From Gammaproteobacteria bacterium (GTDB lineage Bacteria; Pseudomonadota; Gammaproteobacteria; BMS3Bbin11), in NCBI GenBank assembly GCA_013150915.1, contig JAADJE010000001.1, positions 30,575-94,574 of the forward strand: DNA of 64,000 nucleotides, in the 5' to 3' direction. Below, piece by piece: positions 1 to 7,339 of the stretch (position 1 is the first letter of the stretch; each line of letters opens with the position of its first letter). A model generated the notes under the pieces. That model was given only the letters and a program-made list of their open reading frames with translations, was not told the DNA's origin and did no database searches. Both the position numbers and the translations under genes were made by a program.

Positions 1-101
1 TCTCTGACGGGACTGAGGCCGAAGAGGCTGTTGCAACTGTTGAAGGTATAGCAGCAAATGCTGATTCCATCACTAAGGAAACGTCACCCACCGACGCATA
101 A
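1..101 (+). CDS. rpoZ: 3' end of RNA polymerase omega subunit (partial, runs off the window start)
   Basis: The frame-3 reading ..SDGTEAEEAVATVEGIAANADSITKETSPTDA ends at TAA 99-101. The Ala/Glu-rich tail resembles the E. coli RpoZ C-terminus (..ELQAVTAIAEG..). rpoZ-spoT adjacency is the conserved arrangement. Confidence 0.45.
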   Translation, partial: SDGTEAEEAVATVEGIAANADSITKETSPTDA

Positions 102-2244
102 ACCTGTCCCATCTTTCGGGCCAGGGCGGGACCTGAAATTTCAGGACATTGAAACCCTGCTTGAGACTTATCTCAGCAAGCAGGAAATTGCCAGTATCTA
201 CCACGCCTATATCTTTGGCTATCAGGCGCATGCTGGTCAACACCGTGAAAGCGGTGAATCTTATATCTCTCACCCCGTTGAAGTCGCCAGAATACTCGCT
301 GGCCTGCACATGGACAGTAAAGCCATTTCGGCTGCCATCCTGCACGATGTCATTGAAGACACCCCTACAGCCAAAAAGCAATTGCGCAGAGGGTTTGGTA
401 AGGAAGTAGCCGAACTGGTTGATGGTGTCAGCAAACTCAGCAAAGTAAGTTTTACTGACCAGGCTGAAGTGCAGGCAGAGAACTTCCGTAAAATGTTGAT
501 GGCCATGACACGCGATATCCGAGTCATCATGATCAAACTGGCCGACAGACTGCACAATATGCGTACACTCGGTGCGATGCGCGAAGAGAAACGTATGCGC
601 ATTGCACGGGAAACGCTGGAAATTTACGCACCTATAGCCAGCCGCCTGGGCATACAGGCCTTTAAATACGAACTTGAAGACCTGAGTTTCAAGGCCATAC
701 ATCCCAAACGTTATACGACACTTGAAAAGGCCGTTAAACACAGGCGTGGTAACCGCAAAGGACTATTAAAAAAGATTGAAAATGCTATCAACAAGCGTCT
801 GCGACAAGACGGCCTGGCAGGTAAAATAAGTAGTCGGGAAAAACATATTTACGGCATTTACACAAAAATGAAACAGAAAGGACTCTCCTTCGATGAGGTC
901 TTCGATGTCTATGCAATCCGTATTGTGACCGACTCAGTCGACGACTGTTATCGCGTCCTTGGTGCCCTGCATAGCCTGTATGCACCCATACCCGGGAAAT
1001 TCAAAGACTACATTGCCATTCCGAAGGCAAATGGCTATCAGTCTCTACATACCATAATGGTCTCTCCTTATGGCGTACCCGTCGAAGTGCAGATACGTAC
1101 TGGCGAGATGAACCAGGTGGCCGAAGCAGGTATTGCCGCTCACTGGCTGTATAAATCAGGCAAAGTACAGAAAGAAACCAGCAACTGGATCAGTGGACTG
1201 CTGGATCTGCAGAAACAGGCGGGTAATTCAAAGGAATTTCTCGAAAACGTGAAAATCGATCTGTTCCCGGAGGAAGTCTATGTTTTCACACCCAAGGGAA
1301 AGATTATTGTTCTGCCACGTGGATCCTGCCCAGTTGATTTCGCCTATGCCGTCCATACGGATGTGGGGAACACATGTGTGACAGCACGTATAAACCACCA
1401 CTATGTTCCACTGCAGACACAAATACGCAACGGTAACACGATAGAAATTACCACTGATAAAAAAGCTGTACCCAACCCCGGCTGGCTGAATTTTGTGGCC
1501 ACTGCCAAAGCCCGCTCAAGTATACGACACCACCTCAAACACCTGCGGAAACGTAAGGCCAGAAACCTTGGAAAAGACCTTCTGGACAAGGCCTTGCATG
1601 CTTTTTCTTTGTCAAACAACACTGTTGATGATGAAAGAATGGCCGCGTTGCTAAAGGAAATTAACCTCAAAAGCAAGGCACAGCTCTACCAGGATATCGG
1701 TCTGGGTAACCGTATGGCACCCCTGGTAGCACGGCAACTCGCCCCATTACTGGATAAACCTGACAACAGTGAGCCACTGGGGCCGCGCAGTAAAGGCGTG
1801 CGCCCGTTGGGGATAGTGAGTAATGAGGGGGTGGTCATACATCTGGCCAAATGCTGCCGTCCCATTCCCGGCGACCGTATTCAGGGCATTGCAACAGCGG
1901 GACGTGGAATTGTCATCCATCAGCCCGAGTGCACCAATATCAGCGAATTCCGTAACCAGCCGGAGCGGCTGATCGATGTCCAATGGGAACCCGAACCGGA
2001 AAACCTGTTTCAGGTTATGATTGATGTCACTACTGTAAACCGGCGCGGTGTACTGGCAACAATCGCCTCATCCCTGGCAGATGCCAACTGTAATATCGAT
2101 CATGTCGATATGGATGACCGTGACGGCAATACCAGCTTGCTGGAATTTCTCATCAGCATCAAGGATCTTAATCATTTGCAAGAAGTGTTGAAAAGAATCC
2201 GCTCTATGGACTTTGTACTCAATGCAAAACGGAAGAATACGTAG
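58..2244 (+). CDS. spoT: Bifunctional (p)ppGpp synthetase/hydrolase, RelA/SpoT family
   Basis: HD hydrolase motif (HPVEVARILA..AAILHDVIEDT), RelA_SpoT synthetase core (YKSLHT-like GYQSLHTIM), TGS and C-terminal ACT regions. It is collinear with E. coli SpoT from ~residue 25. ATG 58 is the only canonical start and overlaps the rpoZ tail. Confidence 0.9.
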   Translation: MLIPSLRKRHPPTHKPVPSFGPGRDLKFQDIETLLETYLSKQEIASIYHAYIFGYQAHAGQHRESGESYISHPVEVARILAGLHMDSKAISAAILHDVIEDTPTAKKQLRRGFGKEVAELVDGVSKLSKVSFTDQAEVQAENFRKMLMAMTRDIRVIMIKLADRLHNMRTLGAMREEKRMRIARETLEIYAPIASRLGIQAFKYELEDLSFKAIHPKRYTTLEKAVKHRRGNRKGLLKKIENAINKRLRQDGLAGKISSREKHIYGIYTKMKQKGLSFDEVFDVYAIRIVTDSVDDCYRVLGALHSLYAPIPGKFKDYIAIPKANGYQSLHTIMVSPYGVPVEVQIRTGEMNQVAEAGIAAHWLYKSGKVQKETSNWISGLLDLQKQAGNSKEFLENVKIDLFPEEVYVFTPKGKIIVLPRGSCPVDFAYAVHTDVGNTCVTARINHHYVPLQTQIRNGNTIEITTDKKAVPNPGWLNFVATAKARSSIRHHLKHLRKRKARNLGKDLLDKALHAFSLSNNTVDDERMAALLKEINLKSKAQLYQDIGLGNRMAPLVARQLAPLLDKPDNSEPLGPRSKGVRPLGIVSNEGVVIHLAKCCRPIPGDRIQGIATAGRGIVIHQPECTNISEFRNQPERLIDVQWEPEPENLFQVMIDVTTVNRRGVLATIASSLADANCNIDHVDMDDRDGNTSLLEFLISIKDLNHLQEVLKRIRSMDFVLNAKRKNT

Positions 2245-2335
2245 CCGTGGAATACAGCCCAAGTTCAAAGCTTAAAGAGTAAAGTCCAAAGCTTTAAGCA
2301 GTTAAACAATCATACGCCCGCACAGGAAATCACAA

Positions 2336-2731
2336 ATGTCAGAAAAAAAATCACGTCAGATCATCTCCACCAACAATGCCCCACAGGCAATCGGGACCTA
2401 TTCACAGGCAATTAGAACAGGTAGCACGGTATACCTTTCAGGACAGATCCCGCTGGACCCTGAAACTATGATCATCATCAGCGAGGATATTTCTGAACAG
2501 ATCCACCAGGTGTTCAGAAATCTTTCAGCCGTCGCGGCGGCTGCAGATGGAAGTCTTGATAATATTGTTAAGCTTAATGTTTTCCTCACTGATCTCAGTC
2601 ATTTCCCAATCGTCAATGAAATAATGGCAGAGTATTTCGATGAGCCTTATCCAGCACGTGCAGCAATCGGTGTAGCAGCACTACCCAAAGAGGCATCTGT
2701 TGAGATGGATGCCGTTTTGGAGCTTGGTTGA
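2336..2731 (+). CDS. ridA: RidA/YjgF-family reactive enamine/imine deaminase
   Basis: 131 aa. [43 protein letters not shown] is the typical YjgF/RidA signature. Confidence 0.9.
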   Translation: MSEKKSRQIISTNNAPQAIGTYSQAIRTGSTVYLSGQIPLDPETMIIISEDISEQIHQVFRNLSAVAAAADGSLDNIVKLNVFLTDLSHFPIVNEIMAEYFDEPYPARAAIGVAALPKEASVEMDAVLELG

Positions 2732-2808
2732 ATATTCATGGAGTTATAGAGGTGCGCTCAATCATATTTTGACTTTCCTTTTTCCCCTAAGCTTTCCTGT
2801 GCTTCTAA

Positions 2809-3027
2809 TCAATAATGTGGCGGCAGCTCAGCTGCCCCACCTTCAGCACCTCGTGATTCACAGATATTTTCGACGAGTTCTCTTAGCCGTACGATCTCCC
2901 TCTTCATCACCTCAATCTCAGATTGCTGTCTGACAACAGTTAGATTGACAGCGTCAAGGCTGTCCTCCTGAAATGCCAGCCTGGCCTGAAGATCGATAAT
3001 TATTTCCTGTTTTTTTTGTTCTTCCAT
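2809..3027 (-). CDS. slyX: SlyX family protein
   Basis: 72-aa coiled-coil protein with RLAFQEDSLDAVN core and the characteristic C-terminal PPHY. Confidence 0.8.
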   Translation of the reverse strand: MEEQKKQEIIIDLQARLAFQEDSLDAVNLTVVRQQSEIEVMKREIVRLRELVENICESRGAEGGAAELPPHY

Positions 3028-3149
3028 ATCATTTCTGTAGCGTGTAAATTTTATTTTACCGCAGAAAATGCAGACGGCCCTGAATCAATAGTTTTTAAGG
3101 TTTTCTCTGCGAACCTCTGCGCCCCTGTGGTTTAATATATACTCGGTTT

Positions 3150-3515
3150 CTATTTTCCAAAATCAAGAAACGGCATTACCGAGACATACAGTACAAAACC
3201 GAGAATTATAAGATAGCCGATGAATCGTACAGGATTTTCAAGAATTCTTTCGAAAATACCCATCTGCTCACCTTTTTGCTGACTTTCGGCAAATTCATCC
3301 TGGATCCGCTGGCGACGCTGTTGCTGGTAGGCATTCAGTAAGGCATGTGCCTGCCGGAGCTGGTCTTCATCATTGAGCCATATAGCTCCTGCCGAGATGA
3401 ACCAGTTACCCGGAGGTGTCACATAATATGAGATAGTATGCGTGTCAAACAATACACAGATGTCTTCCCGCTCATCATCCGGTACGCCGCGCAGCGACAT
3501 TAATCGAATAGCCAT
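3150..3515 (-). CDS. Small conserved hypothetical protein with a C-terminal transmembrane helix
   Basis: 121-aa ORF, co-directional with and 60 nt downstream of the anti-sigma gene. Hydrophobic tail FIGYLIILGFVLYVSVMPFL. No family recognised with certainty. Confidence 0.55.
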   Translation of the reverse strand: MAIRLMSLRGVPDDEREDICVLFDTHTISYYVTPPGNWFISAGAIWLNDEDQLRQAHALLNAYQQQRRQRIQDEFAESQQKGEQMGIFERILENPVRFIGYLIILGFVLYVSVMPFLDFGK

Positions 3516-3575
3516 GGTGCGATCAGTATAGCTGTTCTATCCCTTTGCAGAACACAGAAAACCAAAAACTGACCT

Positions 3576-4316
3576 CTAAACCTTGATATACACCCACCCC
3601 TGTTTCAGGCGAGTTATGATCTGCTCCAGCGCAGAGGGGGCTATTTCTGCTTCCGGGATCAGTTTCACCTTAATCCCCTTGTCTTCCAGTCGTTTGATAG
3701 CACGACTGCAGGCAAGAATTGAGAAATTATCATATTCTTTAGAAAGCCTTTTGATCCGATCCGCGTAAACAGTCTTATCCACCCTGATCAAATTCAGCCC
3801 CCCACCATTGGTGATAATTTCCAGTTCAAATGGGTACCCACCGGTAGCCGCAGCAAGCAGCAGGTCTTCAGCCGAGTCCAGGGCAGCAGTCAATCTGTCT
3901 GGTTCTGCAGAATCTACATGCAGTATAACTCTCTTCTCTTCTGCCTCTAGAGGCAGGCTGGCTATCACCTTGTCAGAGAGTAACTGCTGCTCGCCTCCCC
4001 GTACAAGGCTTACATCTATCCTGTCATGTGCAAACCAGCCAACAGCGGTGCCAACTGTCAGTAACAGTGTGGCAGCTACGGCCATGGCCGCGTACTGTTT
4101 GCCAAATTTCTGGCGCGATCTTACCTGTCTACTGGATGGTGGGACATTGTAAGCAAACCGTGTCAGTTCCTTTGTACTGCGTAATTCACAAAGCCGCTTC
4201 GCCAGTGCTGTATCAGCCTCCAGTGCAGCCATAATTTCACCACGTTCATCGCTATCCAGTTCATTGTCCAAATAGGCGTTCAAAAGCTCGTTTGATATGT
4301 CATTTGTATTTGTCAT
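3576..4316 (-). CDS. Putative membrane anti-sigma factor with a periplasmic DsrE-like (COG1416-type) C-terminal domain
   Basis: N-terminal anti-sigma-like segment (LNAYLDNELDSDERGEI), then a single TM (AAMAVAATLLLTVGTAVGWFA, ~res 75-96). Residues ~128-246 align with the DsrE-like protein at 5244-5702 (RVILHVD / ILACSRAI / GWVYIKV versus KIVLQIS / FAACKNTI / GYILIKP). ATGA start/stop overlap with the sigma gene. Confidence 0.7.
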   Translation of the reverse strand: MTNTNDISNELLNAYLDNELDSDERGEIMAALEADTALAKRLCELRSTKELTRFAYNVPPSSRQVRSRQKFGKQYAAMAVAATLLLTVGTAVGWFAHDRIDVSLVRGGEQQLLSDKVIASLPLEAEEKRVILHVDSAEPDRLTAALDSAEDLLLAAATGGYPFELEIITNGGGLNLIRVDKTVYADRIKRLSKEYDNFSILACSRAIKRLEDKGIKVKLIPEAEIAPSALEQIITRLKQGWVYIKV

Positions 4317-4882
4317 TTTACCCTCCTGAGCCTGCCCTCAGTCTTTCCATGGGATTGATTGAGCTCGCCAAGACTGGAGCGCAATGTTTGTCTGGCTCTG
4401 CATAAACGGCTCATTACCGTTCCAATTGGAATTTCCAATGCCTCGCTGACCTCGTTGTACGTCAATTCTGCCAGGTCAACCAGCGTGACTACCTGGCGTT
4501 GTTTTTCAGGTAGTTCCGTAATGGCCTGTCTGATGCGGAGAACAATCTGACTCTCGTGATGATGCTCTTCCGGTGACCGGTCACCGATTAATTCTGTATC
4601 GTCGATATCGACGGTCTCCCTCTGCGCGCGCAGGTGATCCTTCCAGCAATTGGACAGTATCCTGAACAACCAGGCATCCAGCATCTCCCGATCGCGCAAA
4701 CTGGTAATATTTTGCAGTGCCTTGATCAATGCCTGCTGGGTCAGATCGTCAGCCAGGTGGCTATCACGGCACCAGGACCATGCGACACGATACAAGCGGT
4801 CTCTGCGGCTCTCCAGCTCTGTATCAACTTCCTTTTGTTTTAATAGTCGTTTAATCAGTTTCATCTTTGCCATCGGGATCAT
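4313..4882 (-). CDS. ECF-type RNA polymerase sigma-70 family factor
   Basis: Region 2 (DDLTQQALIKAL..WLFRILSNCWKDHLR) and region 4 (LPEKQRQVVTLVDLAELTYNEVSEALEIPIGTVMSRLCRAR). The start may be one of the in-frame ATGs at 4873 or 4864. Confidence 0.9.
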   Translation of the reverse strand: MIPMAKMKLIKRLLKQKEVDTELESRRDRLYRVAWSWCRDSHLADDLTQQALIKALQNITSLRDREMLDAWLFRILSNCWKDHLRAQRETVDIDDTELIGDRSPEEHHHESQIVLRIRQAITELPEKQRQVVTLVDLAELTYNEVSEALEIPIGTVMSRLCRARQTLRSSLGELNQSHGKTEGRLRRVK

Positions 4883-4895
4883 TCCTGCACGTAGC

Positions 4896-4925
4896 TTTAG
4901 ACGTTTAAACGTCGCGTTCTATTCC
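4896..4925 (-). promoter_or_regulatory. Candidate autoregulatory ECF promoter (GGAAT-N17-CGTCT)
   Basis: The minus strand reads AAAATGGAATA-gaacgcgacgtttaaa-CGTCTAA. The -10 element ends ~18 nt upstream of the sigma ORF start. Confidence 0.45.
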
Positions 4926-4982
4926 ATTTTCCCTTTAAAGGTACCTTAATTTGTAAAAAAGTCACTTTTTGTTGCTAAAAAT

Positions 4983-5007
4983 GGAATAAATACTCTGTTT
5001 CCCCGTC
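4983..5007 (+). promoter_or_regulatory. Candidate ECF-dependent promoter facing the DsrE-like/porin genes (GGAAT-N16-CGTCT)
   Basis: The plus strand reads AAAATGGAATA-aatactctgtttccc-CGTCTTA. It shares the 11-nt AAAATGGAATA and the CGTCTwA box with the divergent motif 57 bp away. Confidence 0.45.
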
Positions 5008-5243
5008 TTAATTCTGTAACAACCATGTGGGAAGTCTGTAATTGTATTACTTTCTTCACGGTAATTGGGTAACACTGCATCACTATTATAAGGCCAAATG
5101 TTGTGATATTGCCCTATTAACTCCTGAGTTGCTGTGATTCAGCTATCACGTATAACTGAATATAAAATAATTACAATATCAACATTTCAACTTCTGCGTA
5201 TCGATATTTAATTGATACAAGGATCAATAGAGGATACAAAACT

Positions 5244-5702
5244 ATGTATAAATTATTAGGTAAAAGGGCATTGGTGCTACTCGCTATGTTGTCCTTCGGC
5301 CTGGCCTCGGTTGGACACGCTGCCGAGATCAAGACCGACAAGCCATTTGCCACAAAAAAAATCGTATTGCAAATTTCTGACCCAAACCCTTTCAAACAAA
5401 CACTGGTGCTCAATGTCGCCAGCAATCTTCTCAAGGCTTATGGCTCTGAGAATATTGATATTGAAATTGTTGCCTTTGGGCCTGGTTTGCGCCTGCTATT
5501 TGCTGAAAATGTTAACAAGGGGCGCATTGCGACACTCTCCAGTGAGGGTGTCAGATTTGCTGCGTGTAAGAACACAATCCGGGGCATGGGTAAAAAACTG
5601 GGCCATCCGCCAGCAATAAACCCCACTGCAGTTAAGGTTAGTGCGGGTGTAAGCCGCATTATGGATCTGGTTGATGCCGGTTACATACTGATAAAGCCAT
5701 AG
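5244..5702 (+). CDS. Secreted DsrE/DsrF-like family protein (COG1416-type)
   Basis: Signal peptide (LVLLAMLSFGLASVGHA|AE), then KKIVLQIS..IEIVAFGPGL..GVRFAACKNT..AGYILIKP. This is the typical small DsrE-like fold signature with the conserved Cys. Confidence 0.75.
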   Translation: MYKLLGKRALVLLAMLSFGLASVGHAAEIKTDKPFATKKIVLQISDPNPFKQTLVLNVASNLLKAYGSENIDIEIVAFGPGLRLLFAENVNKGRIATLSSEGVRFAACKNTIRGMGKKLGHPPAINPTAVKVSAGVSRIMDLVDAGYILIKP

Positions 5703-5726
5703 CACCTTCAAGGGAGAAACAAAAAA

Positions 5727-7067
5727 ATGAAATTACTCAAAAAAGCAATCATAACTGCCGCCCTTGCGGGTGGTATGCTGGCCGTCGGCCAGGCACAGGC
5801 AGCCAACTGGCTGATGCTACAGGGGACAGAAAAGCCCGGTCAGGCTGCACGCGCCAAGGTCTGGGGTTTCGTACAGGTTCAGTACCAGAATGATAATTCT
5901 GATGCCAATAAAGCCGGGGGTTATATCCCCCCCAAACTGACCCCCCCAAACCTGTCATCTCAGTCAGCCTTTAACGTTAACCGTGCCCGTATCGGCGCGC
6001 GTGGTACTGGCATGCCACTGGACAGCAATGTTAACTACTTCGTGCTGGTTGAATTTGGCAATAACGGTATCACCGAACCAGGTGGGTCCTTCGCAAAGTT
6101 GACGGATGCCAGCATCACCCTTAATCACATTCCCGGTGCACGCATTCGTACTGGTCTGTTTAAATATCCGGGTGCCGAAGAAGGCCTGCAGGCAATTCAC
6201 GTCTTTGACTGGGTGAACTTTACCGATGTATCTAACCAGATGTTGCTGGAACGCTTTCCGAATCAGTCATACACCCCAAATATTCCACCACAGTCTATTC
6301 CAACAGGAACAGACCTGCAGGGATTTGATGATGGTGTTGGTGCCTTTCGTGATGTCGGCATACAGGTCTTTGATTCCTTCATGGTTGGTGCAGCCAAAGA
6401 CTGGGACCTGAGCTATGCATTGATGGTTGGTAATGGAAACGGCCTCAACTTCTCGGACAACAATAGCAAAAAAGATATCTATGCCTATTTTTCTGCAGAA
6501 AAAGTGTTTAAAGGCAAAGGCCCTTTCCGTGAAGGCATGAAGTTCCTCGGCTGGTCACAGACTGGCGTGCGTAGCTATGATGGCAATAACGACGGGGTTA
6601 GTGAGAACTATGATCGTGATCGCTGGGGTATTGGTTTTAAATTAAAGAAATCCAACTATCGTGTAACGACTGAATACATGTCAGGTGATGGCATGATCAT
6701 GGTCGGTGTCGCCAATCCAAGCTTTGGCATGGGTCCAGGTGCTGGCAAACCAGGTAAGCCAGGCAACGGCCTGCTCGCTGAAGCGGATGGCTGGTACCTG
6801 GAGGGCGGCTATCGCATTCCCAAGTCAAACTGGGAACTCGACCTACGCTATGACACCTATGATCGACTCAAGGGTGACAAGTTTGAAGTTGAGTTTAAAA
6901 CCTGGACTGTAGGCGCTCAGTATTTCTTCAACAAGAAGACACGCGTGACAGCTAACTATGCCTCTCGCAACTATGAAGCCATCAACTTCCCATCTGGCAA
7001 AGGTCCTAATGCCCAGTTGGATGGTGTAAACGGTCGTGCTTCAATACAGTTGACTCATATCTTCTAA
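5727..7067 (+). CDS. Outer-membrane porin (beta-barrel)
   Basis: Signal peptide ending AQA|AN, alternating beta-strand pattern, aromatic girdles, C-terminal ..IQLTHIF with terminal Phe. It lies 24 nt downstream of the DsrE-like gene. Confidence 0.75.
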   Translation: MKLLKKAIITAALAGGMLAVGQAQAANWLMLQGTEKPGQAARAKVWGFVQVQYQNDNSDANKAGGYIPPKLTPPNLSSQSAFNVNRARIGARGTGMPLDSNVNYFVLVEFGNNGITEPGGSFAKLTDASITLNHIPGARIRTGLFKYPGAEEGLQAIHVFDWVNFTDVSNQMLLERFPNQSYTPNIPPQSIPTGTDLQGFDDGVGAFRDVGIQVFDSFMVGAAKDWDLSYALMVGNGNGLNFSDNNSKKDIYAYFSAEKVFKGKGPFREGMKFLGWSQTGVRSYDGNNDGVSENYDRDRWGIGFKLKKSNYRVTTEYMSGDGMIMVGVANPSFGMGPGAGKPGKPGNGLLAEADGWYLEGGYRIPKSNWELDLRYDTYDRLKGDKFEVEFKTWTVGAQYFFNKKTRVTANYASRNYEAINFPSGKGPNAQLDGVNGRASIQLTHIF

Positions 7068-7108
7068 GTCAGCAACCGTCATGATTTGATCACTCAAATC
7101 TGTCGTAT

Positions 7109-7138
7109 AAAAAACCCGGCTCATGGCCGGGTTTTTTT
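7109..7138 (+). terminator. Rho-independent terminator after the porin gene
   Basis: AAAAACCCGGC-tcat-GCCGGGTTTTTTT. GC stem followed by a T-run. Confidence 0.75.
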
Positions 7139-7214
7139 ATTTGCTTTGGCATTACGTTTTAAGATTTATGTGTTTCGTAAACATGAAATCCAAAAAGATA
7201 TCTCTCGCAGGGGG

Positions 7215-7294
7215 CGCAGAGAACGCAGGGAGGTCAAAATCTTTATTTTTTGTACAGCAGCGTTGATCCTTTTGGGTTCCCTGCGTTCTCTGCG
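7215..7294. repeat. Perfect 17-bp inverted repeat (REP-like) between convergent genes
   Basis: CGCAGAGAACGCAGGGA (7215-7231) and TCCCTGCGTTCTCTGCG (7278-7294) with a 46-nt loop. A related half-site TTCTCTGCGAACCTCTGCGCCCCTG is at ~3092-3118. Confidence 0.6.
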
Positions 7295-7339
7295 GACTCT
7301 GCAAGAGAAGGGTGTTTCTGTTGAACGTAAAACTTTCTT

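Noticed and set aside
2255-2315. A direct repeat CAAAGCTTAAAG / CAAAGCTTTAAG in the spoT-ridA spacer.
   Set aside because: It is short, imperfect and seen only once in the window. It is probably part of a terminator or promoter region and is not distinctive enough to report.
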